Assembly: GCA_028291505.1 (NCBI GenBank) | Contig: JAQGHW010000423.1 | Span: forward strand, 1-51,080 | Source: Rhodopila sp. | GTDB lineage: Bacteria > Pseudomonadota > Alphaproteobacteria > Acetobacterales > Acetobacteraceae | Length of the DNA: 51,080 nt | Direction: 5' to 3' | Part shown: positions 30,359 to 40,271 of the stretch, one piece after another | Position numbering within the stretch: position 1 is the first letter of the stretch | Layout: every line of letters begins with the position of its first letter | Made by a program: the position numbers and the translations under genes | Notes under the pieces: model-generated | The model's database searches: none | What the model was told of the DNA's origin: nothing | The model's input: only the letters and a program-made list of their open reading frames with translations

Positions 30359-30715
30359 TCAAGCCATCGAACGAGATCGCCAAGCGACCATCCCGCCTCG
30401 CAGAACGGCGACGTCGGTTCCGCCGGCACGCCGCAGATGCTCCGCCGCCGCGGCCGAACGCCGGTCGGTATGACAGACCAGGACCAGCGGCCGGCGCTCG
30501 CCCAGCAGTCGATCCGCGTGGGTGGGAAACTGGTCCAAAGGGATATTGCGGGCGACGTCGATATGGCCCAGCGGGCCACGAAATTCCTCCGGCCCTCGGA
30601 CATCGATTACCAACGGCGGTGAAGCGCTGTTCAACAAGACCGAAAGCTCATCTGTTTCCAACCATGTGACCGTTTCCATCGTCGTCCGCCCCAATAATTT
30701 GCCCAACAGGCTCAT
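30359..30715 (-). CDS. Single-domain rhodanese-like protein
   Basis: VIDVRGPEEF, GHI..ARNIPL, active loop CHTDRRS, LRGGMVAW. Confidence 0.9.
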   Translation of the reverse strand: MSLLGKLLGRTTMETVTWLETDELSVLLNSASPPLVIDVRGPEEFRGPLGHIDVARNIPLDQFPTHADRLLGERRPLVLVCHTDRRSAAAAEHLRRAGGTDVAVLRGGMVAWRSRSMA

Positions 30716-30806
30716 TCGCGCTTCCTTTCGTCTCGCCGATTTCGCCTATTCCTGGCAACGCGATAAGCTGACTGCCTTAAGGACGCAGCCTGGAAAGGTC
30801 TCAGTG

Positions 30807-31969
30807 ATGAACTTCGCATTGACCGACGCGCAACAGCAAATTCGCGACGAAGTTCTGCGTCTGTGCGCACGGTTCGATGACACCTATTGGCTGGAACGTG
30901 AGAACACCGCGACCTTCCCGCACGCCTTCTTCGACGCAATGGCGGCCGGTCAATGGCTGGGCATCGCGATGCCGGAGGCTTACGGAGGGGCAGGCCTGGG
31001 GATCACCGAAGCCGCCATCCTGGCTCAGGCCGTGGCGGAATCCGGCGCCGCCATGAGCGGCGCGAGTGCGATCCATATCAACATCTTCGGTCTGAACCCT
31101 GTCGTCGTCTATGGCACCGAAGCACAAAAGACCCGGATGCTGCCGCCGCTGATCGAGGGCAAAGATAAGTCGTGCTTCGGTGTAACCGAGCCAAACGCTG
31201 GTTTGAACACAACGGAAATCACCACCCGGGCTGATCTCCACGGCGACCATTACCGGATCAACGGCACAAAGATATGGACGTCCACCGCCCAGGTCGCCAA
31301 CAAGATCCTGCTGCTGGCCCGAACCACCCCGTTGGACAAGGTCAAGCGCAAGTCCCAGGGCATGACCCTGTTTTACACCGACCTCGATAAGACACACGCC
31401 GAGGTGCGCCTGATCCACAAGATGGGCCGGCACGCGGTGGATTCGAACATGGTCTTCTTCGAGGATATGCCGGTGCCGGTCGAGGACCGCATCGGCGAGG
31501 AGGGCGAGGGGTTCCGCGCGCTGCTGCATGGCCTGAACCCTGAACGTGTACTAATCGCCGCCGAAGCCGTCGGCATCGGACGGGCGGCGCTCGCCAAGGC
31601 CACACGGTACGCGCGGGACCGCGTCGTGTTCGGCCGGCCGATCGGCCAAAATCAGGGTATTCAGCATCCGTTGGCGAAAAACTGGGCCGAACTTGAAGCG
31701 GCCAATCTGCTGACCTTCAAGGCCGCATGGCTCTACGACACCGGTAGCGAATGCGGTGCCGAGGCTAACGCGGCCAAATACCTCGCCGCCGAGGCAGGCT
31801 ATCGAGCCGCCGAACAGGCAGTGCTGACACATGGTGGCATGGGATACGCTCAGGAATACCACGTCGAACGTCTGTTCCGGGAAAGCATGCTCCCGCGCAT
31901 CGCACCGGTCAGCCGCGAACTGATCCTGAGCTATTTGGCTGAGCGCGTGCTAGGCCTGCCCAAGTCATA

Positions 31970-31973
<4 letters not shown>
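30807..31973 (+). CDS. Acyl-CoA dehydrogenase family protein
   Basis: MNFALT, PEAYGGAG, FGVTEPNAG, NGTKIWTS, FGRPIGQNQGIQH, HGGMGY; start ATG 30807. Confidence 0.95.
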
Positions 31974-32715
<742 letters not shown>

Positions 32716-32716
<1 letters not shown>

Positions 32717-32799
32717 CAGAATGACTCCGGATAAAGGCCGGTTGGCGGCTCCGCGTCCGGATCGATTATCACGTCGATCAGGATCGGCCCACCCGTTCC
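32716..32799 (-). pseudogene. 3' remnant resembling the C-terminus of a thiamine-diphosphate-dependent (acetolactate synthase-like) enzyme
   Basis: GGPILIDVIIDPDAEPPTGLYPESF-stop, with TGATG coupling to the sirtuin ATG; similarity is lost upstream. Confidence 0.55.
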
Positions 32800-32873
32800 A
32801 CCCCTCCAGTGTGGGGCTTCCTCGACAGCGCCGTATGCTCCCGCTACAGATGATCGCGGAGATATTACGAACA

Positions 32874-33905
32874 ATGCGCTTCGGAATTTGGGCACTCGTT
32901 CACGGTAGTCGCGGCGCACTGCGGGACCCGGAAGAACCGTACGATGCCTCCTGGGAACGCAACCTCGCCCTGGTACAAGAGGCCGAACGGCTTGGGTATG
33001 ACAGCACCCTGGTGGCTCAGCACACGATCAATCCGCACCATGCGCCGAACGACCAGCTCGAGGCCTGGACGTCCTCGGCCGCCTTGGCCGCCGCAACCAA
33101 CCGGATCGAGATCATAACGGCAATCAAGCCCTATCTCTATCATCCCGTCGTGCTGGCGAAGATGGCGCTGCAGATCGAGCATATCAGTCGCGGCCGCTTC
33201 GCGATCAACCTGGTGAATGCGTGGAACAGGCCGGAACTGGAGAAAGCCGGTATCGGTTTCGCCGAACACGACGAACGGTACAACTACGGCCGGGAGTGGA
33301 TTTCAGTGGTGGAGCCGCTGATGCGCGGCGAGACCCTGACTTTTCGCGGGAAGTATTTCAACGTCAACGACTACACGCTGCGGCCCGCCGACCCCTATCG
33401 CGCCCGACCGAGAATCTACGTCGGCGGTGAATCCGAACCAGCTCGGTCCTTGGTCGCAGACCATGGCGATGTATGGTTCATCAACGGCCAACCGCTCGGT
33501 GATGTGCGAGCCTTGATAGACGACGTGGCTTCCCGCCCGCGTCCCGGTTCGCCGCTGAACTTCGGTCTCTCCGCCTTTGTAATCGCCCGCGAAACGGATG
33601 CCGAGGCGCAAACCGCGTTGCTGCGACTGTCAGAGTTGGCGAAACTGGATGCGCCAATCCGAGCGGTGCAGCGCGCCAACACCGACCCCGACTCGGTCAT
33701 GGCGCAAACCATGTCCAAGACACCCCGGGTCGGCAGCAACGGCGGCACGGCGGCAGGCCTGGTAGGTAGCTACGATCAGGTCGCCGAACGGATCAGGCAA
33801 TTCGCTGAAGCCGGCATCGAGTTGTTCATGCTCCAATTCCAGCCCTTCGAAGCAGAAATGCGTCGATTCGCAGCCGAAGTCATGCCACGCGTTCGCCGGC
33901 TTTGA
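32874..33905 (+). CDS. LLM-class flavin-dependent monooxygenase (SfnG/SsuD-like)
   Basis: MRFGIW, AERLGYDSTLVAQH, LEAW, GRFAINLV, YVGGESE, LVGSYDQVAERI; start ATG 32874. Confidence 0.92.
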   Translation: MRFGIWALVHGSRGALRDPEEPYDASWERNLALVQEAERLGYDSTLVAQHTINPHHAPNDQLEAWTSSAALAAATNRIEIITAIKPYLYHPVVLAKMALQIEHISRGRFAINLVNAWNRPELEKAGIGFAEHDERYNYGREWISVVEPLMRGETLTFRGKYFNVNDYTLRPADPYRARPRIYVGGESEPARSLVADHGDVWFINGQPLGDVRALIDDVASRPRPGSPLNFGLSAFVIARETDAEAQTALLRLSELAKLDAPIRAVQRANTDPDSVMAQTMSKTPRVGSNGGTAAGLVGSYDQVAERIRQFAEAGIELFMLQFQPFEAEMRRFAAEVMPRVRRL

Positions 33906-33972
33906 AGGCCAGACCCTGCGTGAGAACCTCGGGTTGCCAAGATCCGCGAACCGGTTCTTTCCTGAGGGATGA
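33901..33972 (+). other. Out-of-frame NtaA/DszA-type LLM C-terminal tail (remnant or frameshift extension)
   Basis: The +1 frame across the LLM stop reads FEGQTLRENLGLPRSANRFFPEG-stop, resembling the YEG.TLRE.LGL.RP.NRF tail of NtaA/DszA/SnaA monooxygenases. Confidence 0.7.
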
Positions 33973-34024
33973 TCAGCTTCCTGCCGTAATGGGGGGCAAC
34001 GGAAGCCTACCACGGAGGAACCAC

Positions 34025-34066
34025 ATGACCGGCGCACCGTCCAGCCTCAACATCCCCCGGATCTGA
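34025..34066 (+). CDS. 13-aa mini-ORF MTGAPSSLNIPRI coupled to the CoA-transferase
   Basis: GGAGG at 34014-34018, ATG 34025; the stop overlaps the next ATG (TGATG). Confidence 0.4.
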   Translation: MTGAPSSLNIPRI

Positions 34067-35277
34067 TGTCAGCAACTCCGCTCGCGGGCCTCCGCGTCCT
34101 CGAATTCAGCCACACGGTGATGGGCCCGACGGCCGGCCTGATATTCGCCGAACTGGGCGCAGACGTCATCAAGGTGGAACCCGCACCCAGAGGTGACCAC
34201 ACGCGGGGCCTGGGCGGCTTCGCGGCCGGCTTCTTCGCGGCGTTCAGCCGCAACAAGCGCAGTTTGGCGGTGGACCTGAAAAGGCCCGAAGGCCAGGCGG
34301 TCATCCACCGCCTCGTCCCCTCCGTCGATCTGGTCCTGGAAAACTACGGACCCGGCACGATGGAACGGCTCGGCTGCGGTTATGAGCAACTCGCGCCACT
34401 AAGCCCGCGGCTGATCTACCTGGCGCTGAAAGGCTATCTCGCCGGTCCCTACGAGCACCGGCCAGCCCTGGATGAGGTCGTGCAGTTTCAGACCGGCCTC
34501 GCCTTCATGACCGGCCCGGTTGGTCAGCCGCTCCGCGCCGGTGCCTCGGTCATCGACATCCTCGGCGCGGTGTTCGGTGTCGTCGCCGCCCAGGCTGCGC
34601 TGCGGGAGCGTGAGCAGACCGGCAAAGGCCAGCGGGTCAGCAGCGCCCTGTTCGAGAGTGCCGCGTTCCTCATGAGCACCCACATGGCCGGCATGGCCGC
34701 CACCGGTCTCGAAGCTCGGCCCATGCCGGCCCGTCGCGGCGCATGGGCAATCTACGAGGTATTCAAAACGGCAGATCAGGGCCAGTTGTTCATCGGCGTA
34801 ACATCCGATCAGCAATGGACCCGCTTCGTCGAGGAATTCTCCCTCCAGGAGTTGGCAGCCGATCCGCGCCTCGCCACAAACTTCATGCGGTTGCAGGAAC
34901 GCACCTGGCTAATCCCCGCCTTGCAGGAAGTCCTGGTAAAAATCCCTCAGCCGGACGTCGAAACACGCTGCGAGCGTGCCAACGTATCCTGGGCTAGGGT
35001 TGGTCAGCCGGGCGATTTATTCACCGACCCCCATCTGCTGGCGACTGGCGGGCTGCTCGACGTATTCATCTCTCGCATTGGGGGAGCGGACGGCAAGAAG
35101 GTCGGGCTGCCGGCCCTGCCGATCGAGTTCGGGCCGAACCGGGATCGGCCCGGCATCAGAAGACAATCCCCGAGGATGGGAGAACACTCGCGGGAGGTGC
35201 TGGCCGAAGCGGGATACTCCCCGTCGGAGATCACAGATCTTGTGGGCAGCGGGGCCGTCGTCGCCATCGACGATTGA
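34066..35277 (+). CDS. Family III CoA-transferase (CaiB/BaiF)
   Basis: PLAGLRVLEF, LGADVIKVE, RNKRSLAVDLK, ENYGPG, catalytic Asp in ALDEVVQ, PRMGEHS. Confidence 0.94.
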   Translation: MSATPLAGLRVLEFSHTVMGPTAGLIFAELGADVIKVEPAPRGDHTRGLGGFAAGFFAAFSRNKRSLAVDLKRPEGQAVIHRLVPSVDLVLENYGPGTMERLGCGYEQLAPLSPRLIYLALKGYLAGPYEHRPALDEVVQFQTGLAFMTGPVGQPLRAGASVIDILGAVFGVVAAQAALREREQTGKGQRVSSALFESAAFLMSTHMAGMAATGLEARPMPARRGAWAIYEVFKTADQGQLFIGVTSDQQWTRFVEEFSLQELAADPRLATNFMRLQERTWLIPALQEVLVKIPQPDVETRCERANVSWARVGQPGDLFTDPHLLATGGLLDVFISRIGGADGKKVGLPALPIEFGPNRDRPGIRRQSPRMGEHSREVLAEAGYSPSEITDLVGSGAVVAIDD

Positions 35278-35391
35278 CCGTCGGGTTGGCGTTCTCGCAA
35301 GGCCCGTTCCGGGACTCGGTGAAAAGGGCTATGACTACCCGATCGTCGCGACGTCTGGCGCGGCAATCCGCTTATCATCCTGGGGGCCATC

Positions 35392-36201
35392 ATCACCAAA
35401 CCACTTGTCCTGGCTGTCGCGAACCAGAAGGGCGGCGTCGGTAAGACGACGACGGCGGTCAATCTCGCCACCGCACTTGCGGTCGGCGGTTTGCCAGTCC
35501 TGCTGATTGACATGGACCCGCAGGGCAATGCCTCGACCGGCCTGGGTATCACCCGTTCGGAGCGACATGGCGGCACATACAACCTGCTGATGGAAGGGGA
35601 CCTTGGTGATGAGGCAATCCGACCAACGCCGGTGCCCAATCTATCCCTGATCGCCTCCGACTCGGACTTGGCTGGCGCCGAGATCGAACTCGTCCCGGTG
35701 GCAAAGCGGGAATTCCGTTTGAAAACCGCCATGACCGACCTGCCGGAATTCGCGGCCTTTCGGGTCATCCTGCTCGATTGCCCGCCCGGCCTGGGCTTGC
35801 TGACACTCAACGCGCTGGTCGCATCTGACGGCGTCATCGTGCCCCTGCAATGCGAGTTTTATGCACTGGAGGGGATCAGCAGCCTGATGCATACAATTGA
35901 GGCCGTACGCCGTCGCTTCAACGCACGATTGCGGCTGTGCGGGATCCTGCTGACGATGTTCGACCGCCGCAACAGCTTGTCGGGCCTCGTGGAAAAGGAT
36001 GCCCGCGACCATTTCGGTGATTGGGTCTTCGACACGACGATCCCGCGGAACATCCGGATCTCGGAAGCGCCGAGCCATGGCATACCGGTTATCCTTTATG
36101 ATCCCAAATCGATCGGGGCGTCATCCTATACGGCTCTAGGGGCGGAGATTGTGAAGAAAGAGAAGATCGCGATACAGGAACAAGTGAGAGCTGATGACTA
36201 G
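35392..36201 (+). CDS. parA: Chromosome partitioning ATPase ParA (start non-canonical or uncertain)
   Basis: In-frame upstream extension ITKPLVLAVANQKGGVGKTTTAVNLA (deviant Walker A), IDMDPQGNAS, DCPP, PLQCEFYALEG, IPRNIRISEAPSHG. Confidence 0.93.
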   Translation: MTKPLVLAVANQKGGVGKTTTAVNLATALAVGGLPVLLIDMDPQGNASTGLGITRSERHGGTYNLLMEGDLGDEAIRPTPVPNLSLIASDSDLAGAEIELVPVAKREFRLKTAMTDLPEFAAFRVILLDCPPGLGLLTLNALVASDGVIVPLQCEFYALEGISSLMHTIEAVRRRFNARLRLCGILLTMFDRRNSLSGLVEKDARDHFGDWVFDTTIPRNIRISEAPSHGIPVILYDPKSIGASSYTALGAEIVKKEKIAIQEQVRADD

Positions 36202-37087
36202 CAAAAACACGCCGCCAAGGCTTGGACGGGGCTTAGCCGCGCTGTTGGGTGATGTCGCGATGCGCCCAGGCCCCGAAAGAGGCACGTCCGTAGGTGCGAT
36301 CGCGATCGACCAGATCGACCCCAACCCGTTCCAGCCGCGATCGGATTTCAACGCGGATGAACTTGAGAGCCTCGCCGAATCGATCCGGGTCCAGGGCGTG
36401 TTGCAGCCGATCCTCGTGCGATCCCATCCGACCACGCCGGAGCGGTATCAGATCGTAGCCGGCGAACGCCGGTTCCGCGCCGCGCTGCAGGCCGGGCTGA
36501 CGGAAATTCCGACGATCCTGCGCGACATGGACGACAGCGACGCCGCGGTGGTGGCCCTGGTGGAGAACCTTCAGCGGCAGGATCTGAACGCAATCGAAGA
36601 AGCCGAGGGATACCAGCGCCTCCTGGTGGATTTTGGCCTTACCCACGAATCACTCGGCTTCGCGGTCAGCAAGTCGCGTAGCCACATCGGCAACACGGTT
36701 CGTTTGTTGCGCCTGCCAGAGCCGCTGCTGAGGGACGTGCGATCGGGCGCCCTCTCGTCGGGCCACGCTCGGGCGCTGATCAACGCACCTAATCCTGAAG
36801 CTTTGGCCGATCAGGTGTTGAAGCGCGCGATGTCGGTGCGTCAGACCGAGATGCTGGTCAATAGGGCCGTCGCCGCTAGGGGAGCCCCGCGCCAACCGAC
36901 TGCGAAGAAGCTAGATGTCGCCGCTCTGGAACACCGGGTAACCGAGGCGGTCGGTTCTCGTGTCACGATCACCACCACGCGAAAAGGCGGCGGTGAGATC
37001 AGCATCCAGTTCCGTGATCTCTATCAGCTTGAGGATTTGATCGGCCGGCTGACCGGCCAGCGCGAGAGCGCCCCAGCAGCCGGATAA
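36194..37087 (+). CDS. parB: Chromosome partitioning protein ParB
   Basis: RLGRGLAALLG, NPFQPR, GVLQPILVR, IVAGERRFRA (CTP motif), ENLQRQDLN, HTH KSRSHIGN. Confidence 0.96.
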   Translation: MTSKNTPPRLGRGLAALLGDVAMRPGPERGTSVGAIAIDQIDPNPFQPRSDFNADELESLAESIRVQGVLQPILVRSHPTTPERYQIVAGERRFRAALQAGLTEIPTILRDMDDSDAAVVALVENLQRQDLNAIEEAEGYQRLLVDFGLTHESLGFAVSKSRSHIGNTVRLLRLPEPLLRDVRSGALSSGHARALINAPNPEALADQVLKRAMSVRQTEMLVNRAVAARGAPRQPTAKKLDVAALEHRVTEAVGSRVTITTTRKGGGEISIQFRDLYQLEDLIGRLTGQRESAPAAG

Positions 37088-37089
37088 AA

Positions 37090-37374
37090 TTACAGCAGCT
37101 TGCCGTGCAGAAAGCCAAGCGCAGGCAGCGGTCGCCAGGATCGCGGCAAATCAGCACGACGGATAGGTTTGACGGTGTAAGATGGTGTCGGTTGCCGGCT
37201 GTTCCTAAGGAAGTTTGCATACGCGTTGACTTGCTGCTCCCGCCAGGCTTGGTCTGCCAGGGCTGCCAGGCGGCTGGAGAAAACCTCCGCCACGCGAGAT
37301 TTGCGGCCGATTGAGGCGACCACGGCCCAGAGTGTGTCGTCGCGATAGTTGGCGATGCTGACCGGTTCCACCAT
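37090..37374 (-). CDS. Hypothetical protein, 94 aa
   Basis: Fills the gap convergent with parB; ATG start, protein-like composition; no family recognised. Confidence 0.65.
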   Translation of the reverse strand: MVEPVSIANYRDDTLWAVVASIGRKSRVAEVFSSRLAALADQAWREQQVNAYANFLRNSRQPTPSYTVKPIRRADLPRSWRPLPALGFLHGKLL

Positions 37375-37529
37375 GACCTAAAGGCTGGCTCCCTCCGCGC
37401 CGGAAGGCAAGTGCCTTGATCAAGTGCCTCGCAATCGGAGCGATTGACCCAGGCGCTGTGCCGTCGCTCTCGACGCCACCCCCACGGCTGGCGTAGCATT
37501 TCACAAAACCGAATGGGGGAATGCCACCA

Positions 37530-38750
37530 ATGAGCGGAGAAAACTGTCTCGCGGGACTCAAGATCCTGGATCTGACCCAGTTCGAGGCCGGACCATCCTG
37601 CACCGAGGCACTGGCCTGGATGGGCGCGGACGTCGTCAAGATCGAGAACCCAAGGGTCGGCGATCCAGGCCGTTCATCGGGCGGAAAGAGCACTCACGAC
37701 GCGTTTTACTTCCTGCAGTACAACGCCAATAAGCGTTCGGTGACGATCAACCTGAAGGATCCGCGTGGCCTCGATCTGGTGAAGGATCTGGCCAAGACCG
37801 CCGATGTGATGATCGAGAACTTTGCCCCCGGCGCGATAGAACGCCTCGGCCTGGGTTACGAAGTAATCAAAGCGATCAATCCGGCGATCATTTTCTGCCA
37901 GGTCAAGGGTTTCGGCGCCGGAAGCCCGTTCGAGAAGAACCTCGCATTCGACATGATCGCCCAGGCGTGCGGCGGACTGATGTCGGTCACCGGGGAGGAA
38001 GATGGCCCGCCCTGTAAGCCGGGTGCGACGATCGGCGATACCGGAACCGGAATGTTGATGGCGGTCTCGATACTTGGCGCCTATGTCCGACGCTTGCGAA
38101 CAGGGCAGGGCGAGCATCTCCAGGTGGCGATGCAGGATGCTATCCTGCACTACATCCGCAACGCGTTTGCCTACATGGAGCGGACCGACGGCAAAGCGGC
38201 CCCCCGAGCCGGTTCGAAGACGGTTGGCGGTGGCAATCCACCGATCGGGGTCTACCCGTGCAAAGGCGGCGGACCGAACGACTTCGTCTACATCTACACC
38301 AGCGCCGCCAATCCGGAACACTGGATCCGGTTGCTGAAAGTCATGGGCCGAGAAGACCTGATTGGCGATGCGCGCTTCGCCAATCCGGCCGCTCGCACTG
38401 AACATCGCGAGGAAGTGGATCGGATCGTCTCGGAATGGACCATCCGGCACGACAAACATACCGCGATGCAGTTGGTCGGGGGTGCCACCATCCCGGCCGG
38501 CGCCGTCCTCGATACCAGGGAGCTGGCCGACGATCCGACGTTCCAACAACGTGGTATCCGCCAGACCATGAAACACCCGGAGATTGGTGATTACGTCATG
38601 AGCGGCTGGCCGGTCCGCTTCGGCGGCAGGCCACCCGACGTCAAGCCCGCACCATTGCTCGGCGAGCACGGCAAACAGGTCCTGTCCGAGTGGCTAAACT
38701 ACGATGCAGCCAGGATCGCCGATCTGAGGGACAATGAGGTCGTCGGCTGA
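37530..38750 (+). CDS. Family III CoA-transferase (formyl-CoA transferase-like)
   Basis: LAGLKILDLTQFEAGP, NANKRSVTINLK, ENFAPG, AFDMIAQA, PLLGEH; GGGGGA RBS favours ATG 37530. Confidence 0.94.
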   Translation: MSGENCLAGLKILDLTQFEAGPSCTEALAWMGADVVKIENPRVGDPGRSSGGKSTHDAFYFLQYNANKRSVTINLKDPRGLDLVKDLAKTADVMIENFAPGAIERLGLGYEVIKAINPAIIFCQVKGFGAGSPFEKNLAFDMIAQACGGLMSVTGEEDGPPCKPGATIGDTGTGMLMAVSILGAYVRRLRTGQGEHLQVAMQDAILHYIRNAFAYMERTDGKAAPRAGSKTVGGGNPPIGVYPCKGGGPNDFVYIYTSAANPEHWIRLLKVMGREDLIGDARFANPAARTEHREEVDRIVSEWTIRHDKHTAMQLVGGATIPAGAVLDTRELADDPTFQQRGIRQTMKHPEIGDYVMSGWPVRFGGRPPDVKPAPLLGEHGKQVLSEWLNYDAARIADLRDNEVVG

Positions 38751-39526
38751 TGTCCTACCAATTTTGCACTGTCCAGGACGAAGGTCGCCTGCGAATCGTC
38801 ACTCTCAACCGGCCGGAGGTGCTGAACGCCCTCCACGCCGATGCCAATGACGAACTTGCCGCTGTCTGGGATGAATTCGCGGTTCGGGACGACCTGTGGG
38901 TCGGCATCATCACCGGGGCAGGGGAGCGAGGATTCTGCGCCGGCAACGACCTGAAAGTACAGGCCGGAGGCAAACGCCGTCCCAACGGTCCGCGTGGCTT
39001 TGCCGGCATCTGCAGCCGTTTCGACCTTACGAAACCACTGATCGCCGCTGTGAACGGCGTCGCCATGGGCGGTGGCTTTGAAACCGCTCTGGCCTGCGAC
39101 ATCATTATCGCGGCGGAAAACGCGGTCTTCGCTCTGCCGGAGCCGCGCGTCGGGCTGATCGCCGGCGCGGGCGGCGTGCATCGTCTTCCGCGCTCAATTC
39201 CAATCAAGAAGGCGATGGGCATGATTCTGACCGGTCGACGGGTGCCGGCCCGGGAAGGATCCGAAATCGGCTTCGTGACCGAGGTGGTGCCCGAAGGCCA
39301 GGCTTTGGAAGCTGCCAGGCGATGGGCGGCGATGATCCTGGAATGCTCGCCGAAAGCCGTACGGGCCTCGAAGCAGGCGTCGTATAGCGGGATGGACGAA
39401 CCATCCCTCGCGCAGGCGATGGGCACGGTCTATGCCGCCCAGCGGGAGAATATGGAGAGCCAGGACTATATCGAAGGACCGAAAGCCTTCGCGGAAAAAC
39501 GCAAACCCATCTGGCGGAACCGGTGA
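38750..39526 (+). CDS. Enoyl-CoA hydratase/isomerase (CaiD-like)
   Basis: TLNRPEVLNA, FCAGNDLK, KPLIAAVNG.AMGGGFE, LPEPRVG, EGPKAFAEKRKP; TGATG coupled. Confidence 0.95.
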   Translation: MSYQFCTVQDEGRLRIVTLNRPEVLNALHADANDELAAVWDEFAVRDDLWVGIITGAGERGFCAGNDLKVQAGGKRRPNGPRGFAGICSRFDLTKPLIAAVNGVAMGGGFETALACDIIIAAENAVFALPEPRVGLIAGAGGVHRLPRSIPIKKAMGMILTGRRVPAREGSEIGFVTEVVPEGQALEAARRWAAMILECSPKAVRASKQASYSGMDEPSLAQAMGTVYAAQRENMESQDYIEGPKAFAEKRKPIWRNR

Positions 39527-39574
39527 GCGGCCGAGGAATTCATTGACGACCCAGACGACAAGCCGGATCATCGC

Positions 39575-40189
39575 GTGATCGTGCCAGAGGACAGCGGGCA
39601 GATGAGAGCGAGCATGGATCTTGGGTACGGCCGTTTGGCCCCGGGGCCGGCGGGGCGATCGGTCTGGATTGTGCTGATCGTCACCAGCGGAACCTGCCTC
39701 AGCCCATTCTTCGCCTGCGTCACGCCGTTCGCCGCCCTCGCGACCCTGGCCGCCGTGAAGCTAGGCCGGCGTGACGCGATCGCCGCCGTTGGATTGGTAT
39801 GGCTGACAAACCAGGCGATCGGCTATGGTTTCCTCGGGTATCCGTTGACCTGGGACAGCGCGGCATGGGGCCTCACGATCGGAGCATCGTCCGGCTTGGC
39901 TATCCTCGCGGCGAGGGGGCTGTACACCACGAACCCGGTTCCTCTCCCGGTCAGCCTGCCGTTCATTGCTGCATTCGCGGTGTTCGAACTGGGCCTCTAT
40001 GCCGCCGGCCTCGTGCTGCCGGGAGCCGACGGGGCGTTCACTGCCTCCGTGGTCGGGCACGTGTTTCTGATCAACGCTGTGGCACTTTGCGGTCTGGTGG
40101 CTGTGTATCATTTGGCGATAATGTCGGGACTCCTCCCCCGGAACGACGGACCAGGACTTCTTACCGTTGGGCGGGTCTCGTACCGATAG
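39575..40189 (+). CDS. Hypothetical integral membrane protein (about 5 TM)
   Basis: Alternating hydrophobic helices; motifs FACVTPFAALA and WLTNQAIGYGFLGYP; start may be 39602 or 39614. Confidence 0.75.
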   Translation: MIVPEDSGQMRASMDLGYGRLAPGPAGRSVWIVLIVTSGTCLSPFFACVTPFAALATLAAVKLGRRDAIAAVGLVWLTNQAIGYGFLGYPLTWDSAAWGLTIGASSGLAILAARGLYTTNPVPLPVSLPFIAAFAVFELGLYAAGLVLPGADGAFTASVVGHVFLINAVALCGLVAVYHLAIMSGLLPRNDGPGLLTVGRVSYR

Positions 40190-40271
40190 CTGGATTCCCT
40201 ATCGCCATCGCCGACGGTGCAGGGTGATGAAGCAACCGACGTTCCGGCGGGTGGGCGTGACACCCATAGCT

